64,000 nucleotides of DNA from Bacteroidia bacterium (lineage in GTDB: Bacteria; Bacteroidota; Bacteroidia; Palsa-965), in contig JBIJCF010000008.1 in assembly GCA_044344795.1 (NCBI GenBank), positions 18,388-82,387 of the forward strand. Direction: 5' to 3'. The notes under the pieces are model-generated. The model was not told the origin of the DNA and searched no databases. It saw only the letters and a list, made by a program, of their open reading frames with translations. This document shows positions 19,226-28,327 of this stretch, one piece after another. Position 1 is the stretch's first letter; each line of letters opens with the position of its first letter. A program made the position numbers and the translations under genes.

Positions 19226-20729
19226 AATAACTTCCCATTCGTACAACCATTTTACAATACAGCCATTCTTCACGCAGTTTCACGCGCACTTCTGAACATG
19301 AAGTAACGCGATGTACAGCGTAGAACACCACTTTATCTCCGGCTTTTATGGACACAAAGAGATAATCAGAATTTTTACGTTGATCCTTGAATCGAGCAGT
19401 AAACGTAAATGCATCTGCAAGTTTTTCTACCGTTATTTCATCATTGCCGGTCGGAATGGAATCTCTACCAATGGTATATCCTGCATCTAAAAATAAAGAA
19501 TCGGTTTGCGGCACTCCGTAACCATGCAGATAATCGTAATAAGGATATAACGAAGCGCGTCGTTGCAACATCCGATAAACAGCCATAGCTCCGGAATCGG
19601 GATAAATCTGCATCACACATGCTGCAAGCCCTGATACAAATGGCGCTGCGAAGGACGTTCCTTCTTCCCAACCATAAGTGCAAGTTCCTTTCAAATTACA
19701 TTGCGCCACAAAAGCAGTTCCGGGCGCACAGATATCAGGCTTTCTTCTGAAATCAGCCGTTGGACCGTAAGAAGAATATGATGCACCATATTTCCCTGAT
19801 TCATCCAATGCAGTTACACACAGCGCACTGTCGGCATCGCCGGGTGGTAATATATTCCATTCTTCATCGTACTCTCCATTGTTGCCCGCGGCTGCAATAA
19901 CCAAAATTCCTTTTCGTGCTGCGATGTTTGCAGCTCTTGAAATCAATGCTGTTTTCCCGTCCATTTGTTCCGCGAAATACGATCGTTCGTTAGGACCACC
20001 GGACATATTAATGATATTAGCACCTAGACTATCTGCCCATTCCAATGCACGCACAAAATTTTGTTCCGACTTAAACTGGTTACCACCTTCACGTGCAATT
20101 CGCGCTAACAGCACCGTTGCATCAGGAGCGTAACCCAAATTCACGCCTTCCACTTTTCCCACAATACAAGACAACACCGCTGTTCCGTGCGAAGATGCTT
20201 TGTGATCAACATTAGATTGATTCAACACAAAGTCATAAGTTGCTTTGATTCGTCCTTCGTTACGCACGTGTGCAAATGCAGGATGTGTATTCACACCTCT
20301 GAAACCAATGTCAAAAACAGCTATCGTAATTCCTTTGCCGGTTACACCAAAATCAACCGGTTTTGTTTTTCCGAAGGGTTTCAGTTGTGTATGATAATAA
20401 TTGGTATCATTCTTTAATGTGGTGTCCGCATTACGACAAGCGACATAAGATGCTGCATTGACAGCCACAACTTCTAAATGATCAACAAACGTTAAAGATC
20501 GCACAACTTCAACTTGATCTAGTTTCACATAAGCAGCAAGTGCATTCAACCATTTCGACGTAACACCTACACTATCGCAATGCTCACTGACCGTTCGCAC
20601 GTAGTTGGCATTAATCGTCGCATCAAGTCCGGATGAGGTTTTATCCTTGAAAAAAATCCAACACGGCACGTATTGCCCCGAAACAAATTCTGCAACAAGA
20701 ATGAATATAACAGTGAGGAGGTTTTTCAT
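19206..20729 (-). CDS. Secreted S8 (subtilisin-like) serine peptidase
   Basis: Catalytic VFDIGF (D), SHGTAV (H) and GTSFAAP (S); AAGN oxyanion motif; signal peptide ending VSG-Q. Confidence 0.9.
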   Translation of the reverse strand: MKNLLTVIFILVAEFVSGQYVPCWIFFKDKTSSGLDATINANYVRTVSEHCDSVGVTSKWLNALAAYVKLDQVEVVRSLTFVDHLEVVAVNAASYVACRNADTTLKNDTNYYHTQLKPFGKTKPVDFGVTGKGITIAVFDIGFRGVNTHPAFAHVRNEGRIKATYDFVLNQSNVDHKASSHGTAVLSCIVGKVEGVNLGYAPDATVLLARIAREGGNQFKSEQNFVRALEWADSLGANIINMSGGPNERSYFAEQMDGKTALISRAANIAARKGILVIAAAGNNGEYDEEWNILPPGDADSALCVTALDESGKYGASYSSYGPTADFRRKPDICAPGTAFVAQCNLKGTCTYGWEEGTSFAAPFVSGLAACVMQIYPDSGAMAVYRMLQRRASLYPYYDYLHGYGVPQTDSLFLDAGYTIGRDSIPTGNDEITVEKLADAFTFTARFKDQRKNSDYLFVSIKAGDKVVFYAVHRVTSCSEVRVKLREEWLYCKMVVRMGSYYAEMDL

Positions 20730-20798
20730 CTTAAAAACTACGTAAATCTACGATTTCTCGTCCTCAATATGTGATTCCACAGGTGCCGGCTTCTTCTG

Positions 20799-20806
20799 TA
20801 TCTTTG
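20799..20806 (+). promoter_or_regulatory. Bacteroidota housekeeping -7 promoter box
   Basis: TATCTTTG 18 nt upstream of the ltaE ATG at 20825. Confidence 0.6.
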
Positions 20807-20824
20807 CACCCTAAGCTCAACATC

Positions 20825-21844
20825 ATGATAATCGATTTACGCAGTGATACGGTTACCAAACCTACCGAACCTATGCTAAAAGCCATGATGGCTGCACGCG
20901 TGGGTGATGATGTTTTTGGGGAAGATCCTACGGTTAATGAACTGGAAGAAACCGGAGCAGCCTTATTCGGTAAAGAGGCAGGATTATTCTGCCCCAGCGG
21001 TACCATGACCAACCAGATTGCCATCAACGTTTTAACGAAACCCGGCGACGAAGTAATCTGTGATTACACGTCACATATCTACCAATACGAAGGCGGTGGT
21101 ATCGCACGTAATTCCGGTGTGCAGGCAAAACTATTGATGGGCGATCGAGGCAGAATTAGCGCACAGCAAGTAGAAGACAGCATTAACCAAACTTTCGACT
21201 GGCTGACACGCACTAAACTCGTAAGCATAGAAAATACCGGCAACAAAGCAGGCGGTAGTTATTACAGTTTGGAACAGATGCAAGAACTGAGCAAGTTGTG
21301 TAAGAAACAACAACTGCATATGCATTTGGACGGCGCCAGAATTTTTAACGCCATTGTGGAAACCGGTTATACACCGAAGCAAATTGGGCCGTTGTTCGAA
21401 TCGATTTCGTTCTGTTTATCGAAAGGATTGGGAACACCTGCCGGATCGCTGTTATTGGGCTCTAAAGATTTCATCAAAGAAGCCAGACGTGTGCGTAAAG
21501 TATTCGGAGGTGGAATGCGTCAGGCCGGATATTTGGCAGCAGCGGGCTTATACGCACTGCAACACAATGTAGAGCGATTGAAAGAAGATCATGTGCGTGC
21601 GAAGAAATTAGGCGATGCAATTAAGAATTTAGCGTACGTGAAAGATGTACTTCCTGTTGACACCAACATTATCATCTTCACTTTGCACGACGCCATGCCG
21701 TTGGATTATTTCCTCCAAAAGTTGCAAGACAAAAACATTCGTGCAGTGGCATTTGGCAAACAGACTGTTCGTTTTGTGACGCATTTAGAAATTACTGACA
21801 AGATGGTGGACCAAACCATTAAAACGCTTAAACAGATTCAATAG
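20825..21844 (+). CDS. ltaE: Low-specificity L-threonine aldolase
   Basis: IDLRSDTVT, GDDVFGEDPTV, SGTMTNQ, HLDGARIFNA and the PLP lysine in CLSKGLG; start moved to MIIDLRSD. Confidence 0.93.
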   Translation: MIIDLRSDTVTKPTEPMLKAMMAARVGDDVFGEDPTVNELEETGAALFGKEAGLFCPSGTMTNQIAINVLTKPGDEVICDYTSHIYQYEGGGIARNSGVQAKLLMGDRGRISAQQVEDSINQTFDWLTRTKLVSIENTGNKAGGSYYSLEQMQELSKLCKKQQLHMHLDGARIFNAIVETGYTPKQIGPLFESISFCLSKGLGTPAGSLLLGSKDFIKEARRVRKVFGGGMRQAGYLAAAGLYALQHNVERLKEDHVRAKKLGDAIKNLAYVKDVLPVDTNIIIFTLHDAMPLDYFLQKLQDKNIRAVAFGKQTVRFVTHLEITDKMVDQTIKTLKQIQ

Positions 21845-21850
21845 ACAATT

Positions 21851-22981
21851 ATGTTCAACGGTAAGAAGATTAAGGTGTTAGGCGGAGGACAACTCGGGCG
21901 AATGCTGATTCAAGAAGCATTGAACTGGAATGCGGATATTTCGTTTCTGGATCCCGATAGTAACGCGCCGTGCAAAAACTTAACGGCTCAGTTTACTTGT
22001 GGTTCTCTTACCGACTTCGACACTGTAATGAACTTCGCCAATGATGCGAATATCGTCACCATTGAAATTGAACACGTTAATGTAGATGCGCTGGAAGCCT
22101 TGGAACGTAGCGGTAAGGAAGTGTATCCGCAACCGCACATTCTGCGCATGATTCAGGACAAAGGCTCACAAAAATTATTTTATCGTGAACACGGAATTCC
22201 GACTGCCGATTTTGAATTGATTGAAAACAAACAACAACTTGCCGAACATCGTAATGCGTATCCGTTTATGATGAAGCTGCGAAAAGGCGGTTATGATGGC
22301 AAAGGAGTTACACCTTTACGCAATGAAACAGACGAAAACAATGCGTTTGATGCCCCATCCGTTTTAGAAAAGTTTGTTGACTTCGAAAAAGAGCTATCTG
22401 TAATTGTAGCGCGTAACAAAAGCGGTGAAGTTAAATCGTTTCCTGCTGTGGAAATGGAATTCAACAAGGAAGCCAATTTGGTGGAGTTTTTGTTTGCGCC
22501 GGCAAATATTTCGAAAGAAATAGAACAGGAAGCAGAACGTGTAGCGCGATTGGTTGCAGAGCAATTAGGAATTGTTGGTGTGCTGGCGGTAGAAATGTTC
22601 CTGACGAAAGAAGGGAAAATTCTCGTGAATGAAATTGCCCCGCGCCCGCACAATAGTGGACATCACACCATTGAAGCAAACTACACCTCGCAATACGAAC
22701 AACACCTGCGTGCTATCTGCAATTTACCGTTAGGTAATACAGATATCATTTTACCCGCTGTGATGATTAACGTGTTAGGCGAGAAAAACTACGAAGGCGT
22801 TGCGAAATACGAACGTATTGATGAATGCCTTGCTATTCCAGGCGTGTACATTCATTTGTACGGAAAAAAAATAACGAAGCCGTTCCGAAAAATGGGACAT
22901 GTAACGATAATTGATGCTAACTTGTCTGAAGCAAAAGCAAAAGCACGTCGTGTGCAACAAACCTTAAAAGTCATCAGCTAA
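21851..22981 (+). CDS. purK: N5-carboxyaminoimidazole ribonucleotide synthase
   Basis: GGGQLGRM, GGYDGKG, NEIAPRPHNSGH and YGK...RKMGH. Confidence 0.96.
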   Translation: MFNGKKIKVLGGGQLGRMLIQEALNWNADISFLDPDSNAPCKNLTAQFTCGSLTDFDTVMNFANDANIVTIEIEHVNVDALEALERSGKEVYPQPHILRMIQDKGSQKLFYREHGIPTADFELIENKQQLAEHRNAYPFMMKLRKGGYDGKGVTPLRNETDENNAFDAPSVLEKFVDFEKELSVIVARNKSGEVKSFPAVEMEFNKEANLVEFLFAPANISKEIEQEAERVARLVAEQLGIVGVLAVEMFLTKEGKILVNEIAPRPHNSGHHTIEANYTSQYEQHLRAICNLPLGNTDIILPAVMINVLGEKNYEGVAKYERIDECLAIPGVYIHLYGKKITKPFRKMGHVTIIDANLSEAKAKARRVQQTLKVIS

Positions 22982-22983
22982 TC

Positions 22984-23290
22984 ATGTCCGACGGGATCAA
23001 AACTTATAAGAAAGATGATCTCACTATTTTCTGGGGACCTGGAAAATATATTCATTGAGGAATTTGCTGGACAAGAACTACCGGACTTCCCGATGTGTTC
23101 AATCCTGCATCGCGTCCGCGGATAAAACCGGAAAATGCACGTATTGATGTACTCGTTGCGCAAGTTAAAATATGTCCCAGCGGAGCATTGTCTTAAGGCT
23201 TCGACAATAAAACTGTAGATCCTTCAAATGATTCTATACAAGTTGAAGTATTGCGACGGATCTCACCGCAAAATCGATTTTAAAGGTTAG
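22984..23290 (+). pseudogene. Degraded YjdI/Fer4_19 (4Fe-4S) + CDGSH iron-sulfur fusion protein
   Basis: MSDGIKTYKKDDLTIFWGPGKYIH*GICW...GLPDVFNPASRPRIKPE...QVKICPSGALS*GFDNK...IQVEV, then a shifted frame YCDGSHRKIDFKG*. Stops at 23056 (TGA) and 23194 (TAA), plus an internal deletion with frameshift near 23250. Confidence 0.85.
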
Positions 23291-23297
23291 ACGATTG

Positions 23298-24077
23298 CTA
23301 CCTATCTTTAAGCGTTGCAGCTAATCGCAACTCATCCATATTGTACGCCACATGGGTAAGATACAATCCGCAGGCAGGAACGGGTTGAGAAGGCATGTGT
23401 TGTACATGACGATCTAAATGCTGCAACATTTCGGTAGCAGAAATTCGTCCTATTCCTACATCAACGAAATGACCGACGAGTGAACGCACCATATTGCGCA
23501 AAAAACGATTCGCGGTAATGTACAATTTCAAATGACGATCCTCGAAAGTCCAATTCGCTTCCATCACCGTACACTTGGTGGTTTCCTGTTGTTCCGGACT
23601 TTTACAAAAACTATAAAAATCGTGATAGCCGATAATGCGTTTCGCTGCAATATTCATCAATTCCAAATCGGGCAATTCGCGTACTTCCCAAGCCGGTTGA
23701 GCACCTATGCTACTTTTGTAATCGCGAATAAAATATTCGTAAGAACGTGATTTAGCGGAGAATCGAGCATGTGCATTTTCAATGACAGGAATGATATCCT
23801 GAATAGCAACATCTGCAGGCAAAGCACGATTCAACCGAAACTTCAATTCATCCAAAGAACATTCCGGCAGCTGTTGTACATCCACATGCGCTGTAAATTT
23901 TTTCGCATGCACTCCTGCATCCGTTCTGCCGCAGCCTACAAATCGCGCTTGTTCTTTCACAACACGCAACCACGCCTCTTCACAAGCTTCCTGCACCGTT
24001 CGTAAACCGGATTGAAATTGCCAACCACTGAACTGTGTTCCATCATATTCCAACTGCACAAAATAACGTCTCCACAT
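23298..24077 (-). CDS. truA: tRNA pseudouridine(38-40) synthase
   Basis: YDGTQFSGWQ, CGRTDAGVHA, HARFSA, RFLRNMVR and GLYL. Confidence 0.95.
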   Translation of the reverse strand: MWRRYFVQLEYDGTQFSGWQFQSGLRTVQEACEEAWLRVVKEQARFVGCGRTDAGVHAKKFTAHVDVQQLPECSLDELKFRLNRALPADVAIQDIIPVIENAHARFSAKSRSYEYFIRDYKSSIGAQPAWEVRELPDLELMNIAAKRIIGYHDFYSFCKSPEQQETTKCTVMEANWTFEDRHLKLYITANRFLRNMVRSLVGHFVDVGIGRISATEMLQHLDRHVQHMPSQPVPACGLYLTHVAYNMDELRLAATLKDR

Positions 24078-24078
24078 A

Positions 24079-25197
24079 CTACGCCGAATAAAACGATGAA
24101 CGTAAAAATGCCTTCGGATTTTCCGATGCCATCACATCAAATAAATTTTTCTCTTCTGATTGCGCATTGAGAAATGAACGTAATTCATCCCGCAAATCAC
24201 CTTCATCTTTATCTTTCTGAACTACATAATAATCCGTACCAAACAGCACTTGTTGCTGCACCTCAGGATCTTTCATGTCTTTTGCTATGATTGGAAATGT
24301 GGACTGATCGTGTAAAGTAAATGAAATATCCGTGTAAACATTTTTATAATTGACTATCAAATTACGTATCGCATCATACCATGCGCCTTTGTTAGGTCCG
24401 CGACGTGTTAACTCATCTTCACCTCCATAATGCGCCAAACATATTTTCAATCTCGGATTGCGCTCCAATACTTTGTGATAATTCAACGGATGCGTAAAAT
24501 TGACTTGATAAGCTTTGCCTTCTTTCAAATTCAAGTTATGTACCTCAGGAATAAAATGTCGCGGCTTTGGATATTCGTTCAAACTTCCCCGATAATGAAT
24601 AACGCCTTGAATACAGTGATACAAAATCGGCACTTGTTCTGCTTCTGCCCAATCGTACAAGTCATCTAACTTCTCATCAAATGGATAATATCCTAATGCC
24701 GGATACATTTTAATACCACAGAATCCATAACGCTCAAACCAAGGCTTCACCCATTCCAACAAAACTTTGCCGTTTACAAATTCGGGACGGCGTGGATCCA
24801 CAAAAAGAAAGGGCAACAATTTATTCGCGTAATGACCGCGTGCTCGTATCCGCACCAATTCTTCCAGCAGTGTACGATAATTACCCATAGGTTTACCTGC
24901 CCCCATTTGCTCCATATCCATGGTCAATATCACAAAACGCACATCGCCCCATCTGTTGTAATATTCTTCTAACGTATTGAAAATAGTTTCCTGACTCGTA
25001 CCTAATCCTATGGAAGCAAATTTGGTGACACGTTCCAACTGCGAATCGATGGCACCGAAACGAACGCGTGCAAAGAATCGCGACAAGGATGCTGCAATCG
25101 GATAACGCGACATGAAATTCATAATCGGAACGCCTACTACATTATTCGGAACATATTGACCCGAAAAAATATGCGTATGTGAATTAAAATAAATCAT
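24079..25197 (-). CDS. Amidohydrolase family protein (Amidohydro_2-like TIM barrel)
   Basis: Metal ligands NSHTH, GIKMYP, LYHC, LAHYGG and FGTDY. Confidence 0.85.
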   Translation of the reverse strand: MIYFNSHTHIFSGQYVPNNVVGVPIMNFMSRYPIAASLSRFFARVRFGAIDSQLERVTKFASIGLGTSQETIFNTLEEYYNRWGDVRFVILTMDMEQMGAGKPMGNYRTLLEELVRIRARGHYANKLLPFLFVDPRRPEFVNGKVLLEWVKPWFERYGFCGIKMYPALGYYPFDEKLDDLYDWAEAEQVPILYHCIQGVIHYRGSLNEYPKPRHFIPEVHNLNLKEGKAYQVNFTHPLNYHKVLERNPRLKICLAHYGGEDELTRRGPNKGAWYDAIRNLIVNYKNVYTDISFTLHDQSTFPIIAKDMKDPEVQQQVLFGTDYYVVQKDKDEGDLRDELRSFLNAQSEEKNLFDVMASENPKAFLRSSFYSA

Positions 25198-25199
25198 GG

Positions 25200-26192
25200 C
25201 TATTCTTTGGGTTTAATAGAAGTTCGGATATTGATAAAACGCGACAAAATATTGAACCAGTTATCTGCTCCATAACTCAATGCACCTGCAGCTATCAGCC
25301 ATCCCGGAATACTCATCAGCAAATACAAAATAATATCTGTCGTCATTCCCGGTATATCGAATTTGTTGGTCATATCCTTTAATCGCCAACCCACCGGCAA
25401 ATTCAATGCGCGCGACTCTTTATACGCCTCTTGAATGCGTTGAACCTGCAAATCAATCGGAATGTTCTGCATCTTTTGTCCATCGTAAAACTCCTTGTTT
25501 TTCGCCACGTATTCTTTCGCGCAACTCACCAGTTCATCACGCATCACCTTTTGATCATACAGTTCTTTAACGACATGAATCGCATTCACGTTAAACACTA
25601 AGGCCACGATCAGTCCGAAACCGAACAACATTTTTGCCATGCCGCGTTTATAACATGTGGATGTTGCACTCATGTATTCGTTGAACCACTGCACTACATT
25701 GCGTTTTAATGAAGCATAATCATCAGCACCAAACGAGACGGTACGCAACAATTGTTTCAAATCGCTTTCCGCCATTGCATGAATTCCTTCATTAAAATCT
25801 TTCACAATACCGTCACCTGCTTTCCGCATGTCGCCGGAATAAGCAGCATGTGTTACATCATACGCTTTGCGTTCGTGGTTAAACTTAATTTCGGGAAGTT
25901 TATGATCATTGCGAATAATATCGATAAGCGCGTCGGCAAACGTTCCGGATGCAATGTAATGCGGATAAGTGGTGTCCTTTTCTTTAAGTCGATCCACCAG
26001 CGGATGCGTATAAATTAAATGCGCATAATTTTTATTCAAATGATCGTTGAATACATCGTTAATTGCGTCGTGCAAGAATAGCGCACGTTTTCGAATAATC
26101 AACTGCCACAGTTCTGCCATTCCCGACACCAGAATGCTGAACAGCAGAAAAATCAAAGCAAACGAAATAATAACATCAAACAGTACAGGCAT
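25200..26192 (-). CDS. Uncharacterised integral membrane protein
   Basis: N-terminal TM helix; HPLV..L...P.YI...TFA.AL and WF..YM...S..YKR motifs; further TM helices; C-terminal GW...A.A.S.GA..WF..L; 2 nt upstream of the amidohydrolase. Confidence 0.75.
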   Translation of the reverse strand: MPVLFDVIISFALIFLLFSILVSGMAELWQLIIRKRALFLHDAINDVFNDHLNKNYAHLIYTHPLVDRLKEKDTTYPHYIASGTFADALIDIIRNDHKLPEIKFNHERKAYDVTHAAYSGDMRKAGDGIVKDFNEGIHAMAESDLKQLLRTVSFGADDYASLKRNVVQWFNEYMSATSTCYKRGMAKMLFGFGLIVALVFNVNAIHVVKELYDQKVMRDELVSCAKEYVAKNKEFYDGQKMQNIPIDLQVQRIQEAYKESRALNLPVGWRLKDMTNKFDIPGMTTDIILYLLMSIPGWLIAAGALSYGADNWFNILSRFINIRTSIKPKE

Positions 26193-26258
26193 AATTCATA
26201 GGTTTGATCAACTAATATAGTGAATGCCGCGATACTGATTTCGTAATTACAATTCACG

Positions 26259-26266
26259 TAACTTTG
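26259..26266 (+). promoter_or_regulatory. Bacteroidota -7 promoter box directly upstream of purE
   Basis: TAACTTTG followed 4 nt later by the ATG at 26271. Confidence 0.6.
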
Positions 26267-26270
26267 AATC

Positions 26271-26756
26271 ATGAAACCATTGGTAGGAATTATTATGGGC
26301 AGCGCATCGGACTTACCCGTGATGCAAGCTGCTGCAGACGTTTTACAACGATTTGAAGTGCCTTTTGAAATCAATGTCGTGTCTGCACACCGTACACCCG
26401 AATTGATGTTTGACTATGCACAAAATGCTCACAAAAGAGGCTTGCAGGTAATAATTGCCGGTGCCGGTGGTGCCGCGCATTTGCCGGGCATGGTGGCTTC
26501 TTTAACACCATTGCCGGTAATCGGAGTGCCGATAAAATCATCCAATTCTATTGATGGTTGGGATTCTATTCTATCTATTTTACAAATGCCTAATGGCGTT
26601 CCTGTTGCTACGGTTGCTCTGAATGCTGCGCAGAATGCAGGAATTTTGGCGGCTCAGATTGTTGCAGCAGGTCAGCCGGCGGTGTTGGATAAGGTTGCAG
26701 CATTCAAAGAAGAGCTGAAACAAAAAGTGATGCAGAGTCGCGATCAATTACAATAA
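26271..26756 (+). CDS. purE: N5-CAIR mutase
   Basis: IIMGSASD, SAHRTP, AGAGGAAHLPG and QMPNGVPVATV. Confidence 0.97.
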   Translation: MKPLVGIIMGSASDLPVMQAAADVLQRFEVPFEINVVSAHRTPELMFDYAQNAHKRGLQVIIAGAGGAAHLPGMVASLTPLPVIGVPIKSSNSIDGWDSILSILQMPNGVPVATVALNAAQNAGILAAQIVAAGQPAVLDKVAAFKEELKQKVMQSRDQLQ

Positions 26757-26762
26757 GACCGC

Positions 26763-27410
26763 ATGAAAATTGAAATCTGGAGTGATGTGATGTGTCCGTT
26801 TTGCTACATCGGCAAAAGACATTTTGAAAAAGCGGTAGAGTTATCCGGATTGAAGGATAGCATAACGGTAGAATGGAAAAGTTTTCAATTGAATCCCGAT
26901 CTCGTTACACAACCCGAGCGCAACAGTGTGGAGCATCTTGCCGAGAGTAAAGGCTGGAGTTTGAAACAAGCGCAAGATGCCGTGCAATACGTAACCGACA
27001 TGGCCGCGAAAGCCGGTTTGGAATATCATCTGGATCGTGCGGTGGTAGCCAATTCTACGGATGCACATCGCTTGTCACATTTAGCGAAAAAACACAACGC
27101 GCAAGATGCGGTAGAAGAAGGATTATTTGTGTCGTATTTCACCAAAGGGCTGAATACCGCAGATCATGCCGTATTAAGCCAAATTGGAACAGCAGCAGGA
27201 ATTCCGGAAGAAGAAATACTTCAACTGTGGAATTCGGATCAGTACCGCAACGAAGTGCAGGAGGACATTGCTACCGCAGCGCAGTTCGGAATTACCGGCG
27301 TACCGTTTTTTGTTATCAATCGCAAGTACGGTGTTTCCGGCGCACAGCCGGTAGCCGCGTTCATCGAGACCTTACAAAAAGTAAGCGCAGAAGAAGGCGC
27401 GTCGGTTTAA
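26763..27410 (+). CDS. DsbA/FrnE family thiol oxidoreductase
   Basis: WSDVMCPFCYIG (CxxC), GITGVPFF and VSGAQP. Confidence 0.92.
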   Translation: MKIEIWSDVMCPFCYIGKRHFEKAVELSGLKDSITVEWKSFQLNPDLVTQPERNSVEHLAESKGWSLKQAQDAVQYVTDMAAKAGLEYHLDRAVVANSTDAHRLSHLAKKHNAQDAVEEGLFVSYFTKGLNTADHAVLSQIGTAAGIPEEEILQLWNSDQYRNEVQEDIATAAQFGITGVPFFVINRKYGVSGAQPVAAFIETLQKVSAEEGASV

Positions 27411-27511
27411 CAGGCGATGAATTTCACCACATTTTCTTAGCATTAAAATAATTCCCGAAAGTCAGGACTTATTTGGTTTTGCTTAAATTTATCCGTTAAG
27501 CATTACTACCT

Positions 27512-28327
27512 ATGACCCTTCGTTGGCTTGCCTGTATTTTATTAGTTGGAAACTGCATCACGTTGCAGGCCGGAGACAATCCTCCTTTGGGAGCACGTGC
27601 ATTGGGAATGGCCGGTGCTGCAACGGCGTTGTCCGGCGACGTGTGGGGCACACAAAACAATCAGGCGAGCCTGGCGTTCATCGAGAAATTTCAGGCTGCA
27701 GGATTTTATGAAACTCGCTTTTTGATGAACGACCTCGGCATGAAAGCCTTCGCTGCAGGAATACCGGTTAAAGGCGGCGTTTTCGGCGTTAGTGTCAACT
27801 CCTTCGGGAATAAATTGTATAGCGAAAACAAAGCAGGCCTAGCCTACGCCAGAAAATTCGGACCAAAAATTTCAGCTGCCGTACAACTCAACTTTCACAA
27901 TACGCGTATCGCGGAAAACTATGGTTCTGCATCCATAGCAACAGCCGAAGTGGGATTCATGGCCGAGCCGGTAAAAAACTTAACTCTCGGTTTTCATTTG
28001 TTCAATCCCACACGCAGTAAGCTCAGCGGTAATCTCGCCGAACGGATGCCTACCGTCATGAAACTGGGCGCGCTGTGCAGATTCTCCGATAAAGTGTTTT
28101 TAACCGGAGAAGCTGAAAAAGATGCTGACTACAAAGCAACTTTCCGTGCGGGAATTGAATACCGTCCTATGCCTTCCTTCTATTTACGCGGAGGCGCAGC
28201 TTCCAACCCCGGCTTATCGGCATTCGGCATGGGCATCATCATGCAAAACCTTCGCCTCGATGTGGCTTCAACATTTCACAGCGTGCTTGGCTTTTCTCCT
28301 TCCATCAGTTTACAATACGGATTGTAA
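27512..28327 (+). CDS. Outer-membrane beta-barrel, FadL/PorV/PorQ-like
   Basis: Signal peptide; GARALGMAGA...NNQASLA N-terminal hatch-like motif; amphipathic strands; stop overlaps the next start (TAATG). Confidence 0.75.
   Translation: MTLRWLACILLVGNCITLQAGDNPPLGARALGMAGAATALSGDVWGTQNNQASLAFIEKFQAAGFYETRFLMNDLGMKAFAAGIPVKGGVFGVSVNSFGNKLYSENKAGLAYARKFGPKISAAVQLNFHNTRIAENYGSASIATAEVGFMAEPVKNLTLGFHLFNPTRSKLSGNLAERMPTVMKLGALCRFSDKVFLTGEAEKDADYKATFRAGIEYRPMPSFYLRGGAASNPGLSAFGMGIIMQNLRLDVASTFHSVLGFSPSISLQYGL

Noticed and set aside
23056-23058. In-frame TGA near Cys motifs as possible selenocysteine or recoding
   Set aside because: It aligns to a Ser position (TCA>TGA), and the same gene also has a TAA, a lost Cys and a frameshifting deletion. 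TGA serves as a normal stop for many genes in the window.
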